A stretch of DNA of 64,000 nucleotides from Ginglymostoma cirratum (lineage: Eukaryota): NCBI GenBank assembly GCA_024137785.1, contig JAHRHZ010000112.1, positions 43,690,288-43,754,287 on the forward strand, given 5' to 3'. Both the position numbers and the translations under genes were made by a program. Shown piece after piece: positions 37,085 to 51,817 of this stretch. The notes beneath the pieces are model-generated. The model did no database searches. It was not told the DNA's origin and saw only the letters and a list, made by a program, of their open reading frames with translations. Each line of letters starts with the position of its first letter. Within the stretch, counting starts at the first letter, position 1.

Positions 37085-38673
37085 GGTGTGGAATCTTACA
37101 GGAGCCTTAACGATGTCGGCTATAGTCAGGAATCTGGGGGAGGTCTGTGAGAATTTGAGTGAGGCCTTTCTCAACACTGGGACAGCCTGTTGCATTTTCA
37201 AACAGAGCCCCGGGTGGTGAGATGAGATTGTCACTATTGAGCAACGACTATTAATGGTGATTATTGCTCATCATCAGCTACATTAACTGTAAATCTCACT
37301 GATTTAATACGCAGTTTGTCATCCTATCGCTCAACCCAGGGAAAACAGATGTCAACAATGCATGATATGAGAGTCAGAGAGGGTACCTGGTGGCTGTTTG
37401 ATCCTCTGGGCCACTAGCTTAGACACTCAGCACCAATATCTCAGGAAACACTCTGGGATACCTGCCACATGCAGCCCACATTCACAGGCATTGGTATTGA
37501 TGGCTACCAACCTCTCAGGACCCTTATGGTACATGTCCAATCCACAGACAGGATGCTTCTGCACTTTAGGACTGGACTTTATGACACTCTGGCAATGAGC
37601 ATGGAAACACTGCTATGAGGACACAGCATGTGGATCTGATTTCCAGGCTGGACCAGGCTGCTTCTCAGGACTGGTCACTCACTCACTATGTGTCTACCTG
37701 GATACACCAAGAATCCCTGCCTTACCTTGATGATTAGTATTGTGTGCCCTCAGCCAGGCTCACGTTATTTTGGCCTTGCTTTGCCATGTACTACAGGCAC
37801 AAAGCCAGAATGTTTGTCAAATTAAGGGAGCCGACATACATTCAGGGAGGTCCAGGTATAGTCAGTCAAGGCTTGGGCATACGCAGTCAGCCACTTGACC
37901 AGTCAGGGTCAAAGTCAAAGTCCTCCCCTCAAATGGGGTAATGTGCTGCTGGGCCATCCATCAGACATCTCAACTCTTTTCTCTGTATTATGAGCTTTTT
38001 TCTCTTGGAATGACAGAATGGGTGGGATTGAGTAGAACAACCAGTGCTGGTGAGAGTCATGTGGTGAGGTATTCCCTGCCAGGGAACAGGCAGTAGAAGA
38101 GGTCATGCAGGATTAGGAGGGAAGACACTGCTTTCAATGGTGAGGCAGAGTACAGCAACAGCATGATGGAGTGAGGTAACACAGAGAAAGTGTTGGAATT
38201 TACCCAGGCAGAGAGGAGAAACTCATCAGCCTTCTTGCATCACCGCTGAGCATTCTCCCAGTTAACTGAGACTGCAATGGTTCAGGTGGCAACCTCAGTC
38301 CAAGCTGGGTCTGATAGTGTGGCTTCCTCTGGTACTCCTGTGAGAAAACAACATGCCTATTCGACACCGCGCTCCAGGTCCCTGTTTACTAAGGGGCAAA
38401 CCCCCTCTACCTGCCATGCCAGGACAAACGTCCAGTGCCCATTCAAAGGCCTTCTGCTGGCCTGTTCTGGGGGATACCCTTCAATGGTAGAAACCAGCTA
38501 GCACTAGACAAGGGTGGGGGGAGGGTGGGACTGCAGGGTGTGGGAGGTAGTTAGGTAGTTATTGACGCAGGTTTAGGACAACAGCTTGAGAAAACCCACT
38601 AGGTCCCACAGAGAGACACTGTTCCTAAAGCACAACAAACTTGACACAGTCAAAATATTGTAAGACTCAGCCC
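37085..38673 (-). mobile_element. PIF/Harbinger-like DNA element with Myb/SANT-like ORF remnant
   Basis: The termini ggtgtggaatcttaca and tgtaagactcagccc form imperfect TIRs. The minus strand at about 38220-38320 gives PAWTEVAT*TIAVSVNWENAQR, like the Harbinger Myb-like AW.EVA..V.AVS...R...QC.KK. Confidence 0.55.
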
Positions 38674-38859
38674 ATGGAAACTGGAAATGTGCAGGAAACC
38701 CAAATGTGGTCTGACCAAACTTCTATGTAAATTAACTATAATGTCTCTGGTATTCAATTCTATTCCTCTCAACATTACACCCAGTGCTTTATCTACTTTA
38801 GCATTTCAGAGGGAGGAAAATAAAGCCTTGTTTTCTATAAAAGGTAAAACTGTCTCCCT

Positions 38860-39018
38860 GACACAGCTTCTCACCTACGTCTGACCAGACAGATACAAAG
38901 ATGTCACTTTCCAAGGATGCACATTCCATCAATTCCAAGACAATCTCTCTCATTTCCTGTGCTCAAAACCAATTTGGTACAATACATAGAATTACTCTAG
39001 ATAAATGGCACAGAAAAG
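38860..39018 (+). repeat. 159-bp direct duplicate of 42279-42437
   Basis: Ungapped alignment by eye gacacagcttctcacc...gataaatggcacagaaaag, with about 17 mismatches. Confidence 0.9.
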
Positions 39019-39989
39019 TATGAAGAAGTAGCTACAGATAATGTTCTTGCCACAAATTCAGAATCCATTGGTCTTTTATTTATATTAAAAACATAGTTTT
39101 GACATCTGTGGGTGTAACTGTTCTGCCTTGAACAAAGCAGCTACGCCCCAACGCTATCATGAACAAAACTTGCAAATTCAAATTGAACAATTAAGGCCCA
39201 AAAAAATTAAACTGGTTCCAAAATGGTTTCAAATAGTTCAAGAATTCAATTTTAAATTAAAATATGATCTGAAATTTGCTCTATTTCCCTTAAAAGTTAA
39301 TAAAAGAGAAAGCAGCATAATCCATCAAATTCCAATAATGTGATGATGTTTCTAGGCAGCACAATTTCAATTAATTTTATTCAAACTGATCTGATAGCCT
39401 TACCAACACTACTTCCTACCTCAATAGAGCAAGAATTATTTGATGGAAGTGTTGATTTCTTTTCAAATCGAAAGCAATACTTGAATATAGCAACACCACT
39501 TTAACAGAAAAAAAAGGTTTAATTTACCAGTTACTGAAAGTCAATGCTACCTCTCTGAAGCAAATGTTAAACATAATAAACACACATTTCATGAAAACTG
39601 AACATTTATGCAGAGGAAGTGCTCAAAGATTTACCCACTAAGGCTTACTGATGATTCAATGAAACCATTTTAAACCAGCATTGGGAACTGTCCCACTGGA
39701 ACTCAAAACTCACAGCTAAACATAGAAAACCCTTTCAAATGAATTTCTCTTTGTGTAAACATCAGAAGAATTTTCAGTACATAGATTAGGATGATACAGA
39801 TCAAGAAATTATTTTCATAATTTAAATAAGACTGACTACTAGAGAATTATTTTATCCAGCTGAATTTAAATCCAGACTGCAGAGTTCAAACAGCAGTGCA
39901 CTGAGCCCACTGCAACACTCAATTTTCTTTCAGTAGTTTGCTTAAAGAGGGCTTTTTGTGCAAACAAACATATTATGATCAAGGCACAA

Positions 39990-41640
39990 ATACACCTTTA
40001 CTACAGAGGAGGGCAAAGGAATAGAGGAAAGAAATAGCAGAGACATTGACGCAGTTATTCATAAGTAAAATATGTATGCCAGAAGACAGAATGGTAGCTA
40101 ACATTTGAGAACTGGGCTAGAACAGGTTCTAGGAACTATGGGTCAGTCAGCTTAACATCAAACAAATAAAAAATAATAGAGTATCAACAAACGGAGGAAA
40201 AACAAAAACATCCAGTTGCTATAAACATCATAATTCAACGGGAATTTTGGAAGAGTTTATTCTGCATGTCCAACTTACTGTCCTTTCGAAGAGGTGATGG
40301 TGCAGACAAGGATAACGTAGTAGATGGAATTTATCTAAGATATCAATGAGGTGCTATATGAGGAGCTAATGAACAAGCCAGAGTGCACAAAGTCAGAAAA
40401 CAAGTGACATGACAGATAGCTGGCTGTCTAAAAGACAGACAGCAGCAGTGAAGAGTGGCAGAAGGTGTGAGAAGGTGGGATGATAAGGATCAGTGCTGAG
40501 AACATTGTTGTTTTTCATTTGTATTGATGATTTAGACATTGGAATGAAAAGCAGGATTTATGAATGACATCAGTTTGAAGGGGATTGTCAATATTTATTA
40601 GGACTACAACTATTTGGAAAAAAATTGGCTGAGATTTTTCCTTTTGAGGCTAACACTCAATTGGTAAGGCAGGAGAAGGGAATGAGGATCTTTCCAGGAT
40701 CACATCGCCCAATGATTTCTCCTTCTCACCACCTTTCCTGCCACCTCTAAGGAAGGGAAAATTGCACCCATTAGGGCAGGTAACTGGAAAATGTTGCCAT
40801 TGTGTAAATTGCAAATGTAGGTGTAAATAAGATTACACATTCCTTCAAAAAATTTGCATATGGTGCACTAGCGAAAGGGATCATAGAATACAAATACTTC
40901 AATAACTGTAAGTTGCTATTAAGGCTATAACATTATGGCTAAAACAAAACAAAACCAAGCAACAGGGTTTATTTCTAGAGGGATAGAACTGAAAACTTGA
41001 ATGTTATGTTAAACGCGCATCAAAGTTTAGTTCGACCACACTATTGAGTTCAATCCTGGTTGCCCTATTCTGAGAAGAATAGAGAGGTATCAACTTGATG
41101 ATTGTCCTGAATGGAGGAGCAGGTCAGGCTGTCTAGTCTTCCACTTGTCCACTTCTTGTGCTCCGAGGTACAGAAGAGGATGTAAGACATTTCCAAGGGT
41201 AATACTAGAACTGCAAGTTTACATTGATCAGGAAAGGCGAAATAAACGGGGCTGTCCTTTCCCTCGAAAAGCCAAGGCTGTGAGCCGGCGTAAAAGAGGT
41301 CTTTAAAAAGTATATAAGTTTATGACAGACTGGATGCAAGATAGAACGTTTCTATTTGTTGGAAAGACCAAAGCTAGAGGTCATTTAATTTGCAAATCAC
41401 TAAGAAATCCGGGAAATTTAGAAAGAGCCTCTTTATATAGAGAAATCGGTGGGAATGTGGTGAGAACACAGTGAATAGTACAGATACTTTTAAGGGGAAG
41501 CTGGATGAGCAAGTATGTCAGAATGGACTAGGGAATTATGCTTCTATAATTAGATGAGGAAGAGAGGATGCCTAAATACTGGCATGAACTAGTTAGACTG
41601 AATGACCTGTTTCTGTGCTGTGCATTCTGGGTAATTCCCT
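39990..41640 (+). mobile_element. Old CR1 LINE RT region to 3' end, heavily degraded, with small nested inserts
   Basis: Remnants gaagacagaatggtagctaac, gtcagtcagcttaacatca, ggatcagtgctgag, attgatgatttagac, ttagttcgaccaca and the tail ctgaatgacctgtttctgtgctg appear in CR1 order. Confidence 0.7.
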
Positions 41641-44600
41641 GTAACGTCAATGGATGCCGTTTTTTCTAAAGCAGAAAATACCTTTGACAATGTGGAGAAA
41701 GTGTACTATGTGCTAAAACAATGTAAATTGGACAAAAGCTTACTTTGTCAATCAGAACTCTCTGTGGGTCCCCCAAAATGTTGGCTGATGCATTAATAGC
41801 AATCATCTTAAACTAGAAGAAGAATAAAAAGAAGAAATGTTTTTATTTACTGATCCTCACTGATCTTATACTGACTCTGTTGAGTCACCAGATCTGATGG
41901 ATCATTCAATTCATTGAGTATAAACCAAGCAGGAACTCAAGTTACAGAGGAGAAAGGAGTGGACAGTTATTGCTATCACAGGCTTCCGTAACACCATCGA
42001 GATTTCATGTTGCAGTCTCTGAGTACATGGATGGAATATTCACATTCTATGACAGCCTCCAAACAAGCTGCTCCCAAACCTCAGATGCCTTAGTTACCCA
42101 AGAAACTGCAAGATTTATCACTTACATCACCAATCATTTCAAAGGCACCATGTTCGCATCCAAGTGCTGCCACTGCCCAAGTTCAGCAATGTCTTGTGTT
42201 CTGCTCCTTCAAACAGCCTACCCCAAGGAGTGCATCAACTATTAGGTACTTGCTTCATGTTTCCTCCACTTCCTCCTGGACACAGCTTCTCACCCACTTC
42301 TGACCAAACAGATACAAAGATGTCATTTTCCACTGATACACATTCCATCAATTTTGAGACAATCTCTCTCATTACCTGTGCCCAAAACCAATTTGGTGCA
42401 ATGCACAGGATTACTTTAGATAAATGGCACAGAAAAGGGTGATCTGCCCAAAGAGCCCGCCTTGGTGTTTATGCTCCATCCATGATGCCTCCCACTTTTC
42501 CTTACCTAAATCTACCATCATAACCAGCTATAATTCACTAAACCATGATAGCAAGTTGCACATTCTTACCAATCTGTTTTTAATTATGCTCCTTCTCCAT
42601 TTCCTATTGGATTAATGTACTGTACTGACAGTCTCAGGTTATGCTCTCTCTCAGGAGACAAAACATTCTCACTGTTCAAGTTGATTAACATCCTCAAAAG
42701 TATCCTGCTGTTCAAACAAGAGATTTTTTTTCAGAAAACGTACTTGCAAGGCAGATGTCAGGATAATTAAAGATTAGGAGACACGAAGAAGCGCCTTACA
42801 CGTAGGTCTTAAAAATGAGTGAGGAAAACAGACAAAAATTAACCAAGGCAAAAAACAGAGAAGTGTTGAACCAAAACAAAAACAGTGACATGGAATGAAT
42901 TCAAGAACAGGAAGGAATCAGACAACTTCAGGACAATAACCACCTTTCATATATAAAAAAGAACAATATCATTAGCAATTTCTCAGAACATTTATGAAGC
43001 ATCTGGATGAGAACTTAAAATGCCAGGGCACAGTGCAGGTGAATGAGGTTAATGTAGTTTGGTGTTTGTTGGTCAGCATTAACATAGTGGGCCGAAGGGC
43101 CTGTTTCTATGTTGTATGACTCTATGACCCTAGAAGACCAACTCATCTTAATCAGTTAGGGAGTACTTTAGCCTCACGGCTGGAACGCAGAGGATCTTAA
43201 CCTTTCACTTTTGAGGAACATTTATGAGTCCCTGCTTAAATTACCTGGCAAGGGCAAACTGGGATTGAAATGCACATTTTACTGAACATTTAAAGTATTT
43301 TCAATTCACAATTTAAAATAAATAGTAAAAAATAAATCTATAGGTGCCAATGTAGCACTGAAAATACTTCATCTATTTACTGAGGTGTGGGGAGAAATAC
43401 AAAAGTCTTCACAATTCCCATTCATAGAAAATCACGTTATTAAGCCACCTCAGTACTTCAGGGTGTAGAAATGGAATGATTACAAAAGATCTTGTAAAGC
43501 AATGCCACTTCAGCGATTAGCGTCATTATGAACTCTTAGTTATAACAGACAAGAATAACCTTTTCAGATTGTATCAGGAAATGTAATACGAAATGAATAT
43601 GGTTAGAAAACACAGCTACAGAGCAAAAGAATTAAATCCAGAAATGTAACGTGATACAGGTGACCAACACATGTTGATTCACTGTTACAACATCAAGCTG
43701 AGTGGTAACACCTGCATTTCCTGTCCATCCTAATTGCCCTTGAAATTGCGTGGCTTACTAAAGCCAATTGACAGGGCAGTTATGAGTCAATCACAATGCT
43801 GTGCATCTGTATCGTTCAGTAAGAATGGCAGCCTTTCTTCCCTGAAGGACATAAATGAACCAGATGGGTTTTTCTTTTTATTGACAGTCCAGACATTTCC
43901 TGACCGCTACCAATGAGACTTGCTCTTTATTCCATGTTTATTAATTAACTGAATTTAATTCTCCCCAGCTGTAGTGGTGGAATTTAAACTCATGTCACTG
44001 GAGCATCCAGCAAACCTTTAGTATTACTCACTCAGTTGTACACTATAACGAAATAACCCACCCTTGGTGACATGGAGGGAATTTTTTTAAAATAAGTTCA
44101 CAGCAAATGAAATACAAGACTTTTGCACAGAATTTTTCCTTGTCAGTTTAAGTCTTTTTGTATGGAAGATTAAATTATCAATGACTTTGTGGTCCATTCT
44201 TGATTGATATTAAATTTGTTTGATTGTTATGAATTCCTTAAAGTTAAGATCAAAAATAGCTTATTATATCCAAAAAATCCTAAAGCTACAGTTGATGAAA
44301 TGTCTCCATTATCGAAACCTTCCTTTTCAAATCAAGTACACGCATTTCAATAATTCTCCAATGAAATGCTTTAATTTCTTTTCTTCTCTCCTTCCTCTGA
44401 CCTGTACCGGTGCTATTTCCACAGATGCTTCTAATTTGTCAAATGGCTGTTCTTTATGTGTAGGTTTAGCTTGTAAATTGTGTGAAGATATCCAAGTGTG
44501 ATAAGCTACCAGGGGTCAGCTTGTTTTTCTCCTAACACATGCACTTTGCATTACAGACCCCAGGATAGCAATGGGCAGCAGCAAATCTAATAGATTTTCA

Positions 44601-44689
44601 AGGGTGAGCAAGGCAACACTAACACCATTAGTGACACCCCAGATAAGAACAACCAGAAGACAAGAGATTGAGCCGAGAACCATCTATAC

Positions 44690-45265
44690 AAGAGTCATAG
44701 AGTCACACAGCACAGAAACAGACCCTTTGGTACAACCAGTCCATGCCAAACATAATCCCAAACTAAACTAGTCTCACTTGCCTGCTCCTGGCCCATATCC
44801 CTCCAAACCTTTCCTATTCATATATCCAAATGTCTTTAAAATGCTGTAATTGTACCTGCATCCACCATTACATCCAGAAGTTCATTCCACATGTGAACCA
44901 CCCTCTGTGTAAAATAAAATTGCCTCTTTTTTTTTAAATCTCTCTCCTCTCTTCTTAAAAATGTGCCCCCTAGTCTTGAAATTCCCCATTTTAGGGAAAA
45001 GACATCGACCATCAACTCTATCTATACCTCTCATTATGTTATAAACTTCTATCATGTCACCTCTCAACTTCCTACACATCAGTGAAAAAAGTCCCAGACT
45101 ATCCAGCCTTTCAAACATTCCATACCCATCAACATTCTGGTAAATCTCTTCCGAACCCTCTCCAGCTTAATAATATCCTGCCAGAACTGGACACAGTATT
45201 CCAGAAGAGACCTCACCAATGTCCTGTACAACCTCAACATAACATCCCCACTCCTATACTCAAAG
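44690..45265 (-). mobile_element. CR1/HER1 LINE 3' fragment
   Basis: ORF 45079-45351 reads LYRTLVRSLLEYCVQFW...LERVRKRFTRML and ORF 44882-45118 reads LRGDMIEVYNIMRGIDRV. There is a (ctatgact)n tail. Confidence 0.92.
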
Positions 45266-46169
45266 ATACATTTGCCTACTGAGTGGGTCAGACAGCTCAA
45301 GCCGCCTAATATGAAGAAAACGCAAAAATGAACAAAAATAAAGCAAATCACTGCATTTTCTGAATACAGTGATCAAGCAATTTGCTGTGGTTCAGCTACT
45401 TCATCAATAGGAGCACATGATGAAAAATCCACTGATCATCAGAAACCTGTGTGTGACGTAATTCTGTAATTTATACTGCTCATGTGATCATAACCACGGA
45501 ATAAATTGCTGATTGTGATGCCTTCCCCAGCGCCTGGGATCAAGATACAGAAAAGATGCCAAGTAATGACATAGTTCAAAAATATTAGGCCGCCAAAATA
45601 TGTTTTTCTCACAATTTTCCATACATTTGATTAACTTAATCAAAGGCTAAAGGATTCATATCAAAAGCCCAAAGTAGGGATAAAAATTGCCGAAATATCA
45701 GCCACTTACCTATATGGAAGTCAATTCAGAGACTATGGGAAGCATTCTCCACTAATCAAAGTCTCTTTAAAAAGAGTTATTGCATCTTTTTAATAAGTAC
45801 ATTACAAATGAGTTACACAATGGAGGATACTGGATGATTTCAAACTATTAAAGTTAAGCATATACTGAATCTGTACCTGAATTCCTGATGAGTATGCCTG
45901 CGATGGAACTCCGTGCACAAGTTTGCAAAATCTAACCTTGAATTTACTCCAAATCATTTCCTTTTCACTGTAATCAAGTCAAAGATCTAAGCTGTTGCAT
46001 TCAGCACTTGCATAATAACTTCAGCTAGCTAACTTTAGCATTAACACTGAAAAAAAGTCTCTCTATTTTGGCTGTAGGGAACTTATGTAAAAATTGTGTT
46101 TGTGCCTATTCTAGCAGATGCAAGTTCCATATCATAACTCATAAAATCATCATGCAGTGGTGACGTCTA

Positions 46170-47320
46170 GGATCATAGCGTTTAAAAAGTTGATTCCAGG
46201 TCGGCCTCAAGGATCCAACACAGCCTAGTTGTCGCATGTCTTTGAAGCAGAAACAACAAACACATCGTCTCGGTGGAACTGAAATCCCTGGAACAAGTCG
46301 GATATCTACATAACATTGGTATAATCACACTTGTTCCTTCTGATCAGTGCATCTGTGGGCAGAAATTAATGCTCCCCACCACCACGGTGTCCCTAGGTTG
46401 GAATGAGTGTCCATATGTCATTTTGTGGACAACTCATACCAACAGAACTAAATGGGACTCCAATGTTTTAGGGTCATGTTGGTGGGTGGCCAATACCAAG
46501 CCTATCAGGCAAGCCAGTGTTCAGTATACTGGCAGGAGTCATGCTGCCTTCATTCTACATCAGTCCATTCCAGCAGGTCACTACAACACTTATATGGTGA
46601 CATTTTGGAGTCATTCATAACTCCTGTCCACAACCCACTACAGAATGTAGTATCAAGGATCAAGCTGGCTGCAGAACCTCACCCACGAGTTGTAGACAGT
46701 GTTTACAGCTACACAGCAGGCAGCTGAGAAATGAGGGCTAGGTGGAGGAGACATTTAGCCTTGTCCATTCCATTTCCACTTGTCTCCTATGTGCCATTGG
46801 CTGGCCCAGTGCTCCTACACTGTGCAATCCCAGTGGTTGCAGTTTGGCCGGTGGACGGCAATGACTTTCAGTGGAGGGAGCTGCAGATGACCTTGGAAGG
46901 TGACCTGAAGCAGTTGTGACCCCAGAAGGTCCACGGGCTATATATTCTGGCTGCAATCTGAGCTGAGCACTGTGCAATAGCAATGGCACTGCAAGAAAAG
47001 CTGCAGTGGGAGGAGGGGTGCTACCTTCCTAAGAGAGGGGAGAGTGGGGTCATGCCCCTGGTGTGATGTCTCAGCAAGCCTGCTGGAGAAAAACCTTGCA
47101 AGCCTTTGGGCTCAGTGCATTCCACAGTCTTCAGAGGAAGTTGCAGCATTGGCCATTAAGCACCATATCACGGTTAAGTTTCACCATTTTACAAGCAGCA
47201 CTGGCCTTGTCGATGCTGGAAATGATGGATTCAAACTGTAATTTCCTGTACACCCAGCCTGTACAACACTCTATTGCAAATGTGTTTTGTAAAATGTATT
47301 CTAGTATTCCGAAAGCCTCT
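46170..47320 (-). mobile_element. Old LINE ORF2 remnant, clade uncertain (Vingi/RTE-X-like)
   Basis: A GC-richer block with only faint ORF2-like remnants on the minus strand (EY.A and CPQ segments) and many stops. Confidence 0.3.
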
Positions 47321-47623
47321 GCTCACACAATCTATACATAGAGGTTTTCTTCTGATTTGACACCAAATGGTCTTAAGCTGTATCCTTGTATTCAATTAAC
47401 AATGTGAATAATTGCTTATAATAACTCAACTAACTTGATACATTGATTTTTTTAAAAAATAATCACTCGTGGAACATGTGTGGCCCTGGCTGGGACAGTG
47501 TTTATTGCCCGTCCCTTGAGAAGGTGGTGGTGAGCTGCCTTCTTGAACTGCAGCAATCCATGCACTGTACGAAGCACCACAAGGCCGCTAGGGAGAGAAT
47601 GCCATGATTTTAATTTTGATTTT

Positions 47624-47944
47624 CATAGAATCATAGAATCCGTGTGTGTCGAAACAGGCCCTTTGGCCCAACAAGTCCACGCTGACCCTCAGAGTATCCC
47701 ACCCAAACCCATCCCCCTATAACTCACCTAACCTACACATCCCTGAACACTATGGTCAATTTAGTATGGCCAATCCACCTAGACTGCACATCTTTGGACT
47801 TTGGGAGGAAACCAGCACACCTGGAGGAAACCCACGCAGACACGGGGAGAATGTGCAAACTCCACACAGACAGTCGCCCGAGGCTGGAATCAAACCCGAG
47901 TCCCTGGTGCTGTAAGGTTGCAGTGCTAACCACTGACCCACCAT
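47624..47944 (-). mobile_element. HE1-type V-SINE
   Basis: Same structure as the other HE1 copies. Confidence 0.9.
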
Positions 47945-50702
47945 ATTTACAGTGAAAACATTTTCAACTTTTGCAGATGGATAAACTGAGAAAGCAAAGC
48001 AAAAGACCAATGCCTTTGCTTCATATCACCACCAACATCAAAAAAAAGTAGAAGCACGAGGTAAAATGAATGAGCCAGTAATGAGCAGAAGCACCAAGCT
48101 AGTCTTAAAATTCAGGAACTTTGAGGGAGTGGAGGAGTTCAATAGATCTCAAGTCTCAGGAAGGAATGAGTGAGAATGTTGTAAATGTTGATTTCAACTC
48201 AGTGCAAATGCAAAGAGGATAAAGAATTAAAAAGAAAATTCAATATGGTTAATAAAGCCAGTCAGGCAAGTTCCAAATGAAAATAGTGTGTTTCCAGGTT
48301 AAAGTTGACAAAGGGAATGTTTTTTTCTAGATTAAATCAAGCAATTCTCCACAAATTCGTAGAAACTTAGCTTCTGGATTTACAATAATCAATGCATTGC
48401 TAAGTCAGAACTGCTTATGATTGAATGTCAATTTCACAGAAGTACAAGAGGAGGCCACTAGTCCATTCTGTCCTTGCTGGCTCTTTAAGGGCAGAACCTT
48501 GTGTCCTTTAAAAAGCAAATTAAGAGGCGGGGCCATTTCTGAAGCCTGACACTGCACATAAGGGTAAAATATCCAGTGGCATGATGGTTTGGGATATGGC
48601 ATCCAAACTGGCTGCCTTGACCTTCTGTGTAATTAAAGACAGTGTGCACATTCCTGATGCTGCAGGACAGTAGGAAAGCCTGTAGCCTTGGGAGAAACAG
48701 CAGCCTAGCCAGCAGAGGTGGGTATTGTCACTGCAGTAGGTGGGTTTTCTTTTAGTGAAGCTGTCAAGCCATTGAGGTGGAGGGGAACCCTTTCAGCTGA
48801 TGGTCAATAACCCCACCACAAACCACAGCTGCTCTGCTGGCGAGGAAAGAACAGGAGGTTTTGCGACATCAACCTCCACCCTAGCCAGCTGCTGGAAAAT
48901 CATCTCCAGGCACTGGCCAGGCTTTGGTCTCAGTGTGTTGCCAAGAAGTCCATATCTGCACCACAAATCAAATGGACAGGGAATTATTCAAATTGGTTGT
49001 CCACCACTTTTGAGCAGGTAGCCCTTATGAGAGATAACCCACTTTTGCCCAGATATTGCACTTTCCTCTTGGTCCCAGTTCCAAGCTCACTATCGCAGAA
49101 CAGTCTTTCCTAAAAGACCATTCTATCTGGTCCTGGACTCTGCTCATTGTCCATCACAACGTGCAGATGGGCAAGTAAAAAATTATTTATATTTATGGGT
49201 GAAATATTCAAATCTTGGACATTCTTGAGCTTTATAGAAAGTTAGGAGGAAAAGAAATGCTTGTTGTGAAAAAATGCACCTTTAGCAATGAAGGAGAAAT
49301 GGGATTATCACATCCAATCAAGAGAGTTAGTGAGATAAAGGTTCAGACCTCTAATGGGTATAAGGCTGATATTGCAAGTTAGCCAACCAATGTAGAAACT
49401 GTTCAATTTCAATTTGCAGTTAAATAAATCGAATGTTCTTCTGACTCATGCAAACAATGTTTAAAAGCATTAAAAATATTATTTTTTGATTGTAACATGG
49501 CTTTAAATGCACCAGGCACAAAAGAAGATATCCAAATCGAAGGAACAATACAATGCTGGAGATTGTCTAATGTATAGTCTGGGAAACAATCAAGCTTTTA
49601 CATTTTTCAAACAGCTGTGAAAATCTGGCCAAAATAATGCGCAGACATCCATTCAAACCAATTGGCATGATTCCAAAGTTGACAATCACCTTTTTGAGCT
49701 TCAGTCAACTGAACTAAGTAAACAATAAGACTGTACTGAATCAGGTACACCTCCACCACTCATATATTCACAAACAAAGCTCTGCCTGTTTTCCAAATTA
49801 AAAGTATATATTGATGGACAGATCTGGCAGTCTCATAAGCCCATTTCATTTGCTTTCTTTTCTAATTACATTTCTTTGGAAAAAATGTTAAACTGACCTT
49901 ATAAAGTTGTGAAAGTATAAATTATGTTTCAATTGTTTTTAAGGTACTGTATACTTGGAAGCAAGGACGCTGGCAAAGCAAAATTGATTTGGATTGTGTT
50001 GGTTCTGGTTCATGAATCTGAGCACAAAGATTCACATTAAACTATTGTATTAAGTTCAATGAAATGTTATTTTTGATCCTTTGCAAAATCTACTGATATT
50101 TTTTCTTTCACTTTTTCTTTTACTCCACTATTTTGTATCATGTACTGCAGAACAGGTGCATAGCAGGGATGGAACAAAATAGGTGAAAAAGTTTTAAAAT
50201 TAATAAGGCTGCTGAAATTTAGGATGCATGAAATGTATTGGTGCAACAACATGACATTTAATCCAGTGCTAGATAGAGTCCAGCAACAGGTCCTTCAGCC
50301 CAATTTGCCCATGCTGCCTGTTATATGAATGAACTATTCAGTACAGTTTTCGGACCAATTGTCATAGCTATAAACCATCTGACTAATGGAATACAGTCCC
50401 TGTTCAAGGTAGGCAATAGCCTGCTTAGCAAAGGCCTGGATGATATTGCAAGCTGCAAGAGCAAAACTTATAGTTTGTTCGGCACTAAGAGTTGAACTGT
50501 GAGTGAAGATTAGTGTCTCTAAATCATAGAAGACCACCTTAGTTGACAGTGAGAATATCTCTGCTGTATTTTCATTTTTCTAAACAGTCACATTCTTCCG
50601 TCTCATCTCACATGATGACATGATAAAGATAAAGAACCTACAGTGGAACGTTAATCAGGCTGCAGTGCAACATAAGACTCACAGATCAGATCAGAACCTA
50701 AA

Positions 50703-50795
50703 TAAAAACTTTCTGAGGAAGGGTTGCTCAATCCAAAACGTTAACTCTGATTTGTCTCCAGACCTGCTGAGCTTTCCCAGCGATTTCTGTTTAGG
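50703..50795 (+). mobile_element. Short Penelope-like terminal fragment with 12-bp TSD
   Basis: tcagaacctaaa at 50691-50702 and 50796-50807 flanks ctgaggaagggttgctcaatccaaaacgttaac...cctgctgagctttcccagc. Confidence 0.75.
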
Positions 50796-51817
50796 TCAGA
50801 ACCTAAACCTGTTTGGTCAAGGTTTGAGGCATGTTGCCAAAGAGTTTTACTTCAGAATGAATGGAAGATGAGAATGGAAGGAGGAAGCTGCAAATTTCAA
50901 CATTTATTAAGAGGGTCAAAGGCAGAAGTTTCCTCTGGCTATGATGTGCTATTAAAAAGGAATGTGTGGCCTTACCCTGAATTGGGTCTTTCACCTATCA
51001 TTTTGTTTTTTTTTCATTTTGAAAGTTTATCTTGATTTTGTTTTCTTCTAAAATGAAGGGGAAAGCCAGAAAGTACGTCCCCCATCGATTATTCTCATCT
51101 TTATGATATATTTATTGAATAAGGGAGAAATGGGCAAAAAAGAAGCAACTAAAAGGCTACAGTGTTAAGACAGGACCTTAAGCAATGTAAATCCTCCTTT
51201 GGATAGCCAAGCATTAAAGTGTACAGCTTCATCAGGTCATTCCTCAACACACCTATGGATCTACAAGTCAGGAGACTTCTGCTTTCTGTGCAATGTGCGC
51301 AGGATTTCCGAAAGATGCCACTTTCTCTAGCAGCATCAGCACAGTAGAAAAAGCAACAATAATAGTGCGACAAAGGATAGCATTGGCCTCTGTTGCAATC
51401 CCTGCTATGTTCTGCAGACTCTTGATGTGCTTCGGTAATATGTTTCTGATGCTGTAAGATTATTGCCTAAATATTGCACAGTACAAATGGACAGTCTGTT
51501 TGGATGGTATAGTGAGAGGAACTATTTCTATGCTGATGGGGTGAGTTCCCTTCTCCTTCTTGGCTTTGTTACCTGAAGACTGTCCAATGTTCAACAAATC
51601 TCCAGCACCATTCAGCAAGCCAGAACATAGAATCAAAAGCTGCATTGTAACCAATCTGATCCAAACCAGCCATCCAGCCAACTGATCCAACTGGTTCTGG
51701 CTTACAACAACAAAGGTATAAAGAAAATGTCAATGCTGGGTCTACCATTCTCCTTTTATCAGGCCAATAAACATTCCAAATATGGAAACTTGAGCAGCAA
51801 AAAATTATAAATGTACA

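Noticed and set aside
45710-45764. Minus-strand segment with a perfect donor AG|gtaagt
   Set aside because: It has stops in all three frames and a weak AAG acceptor. It could only be a UTR exon, and nothing supports that.
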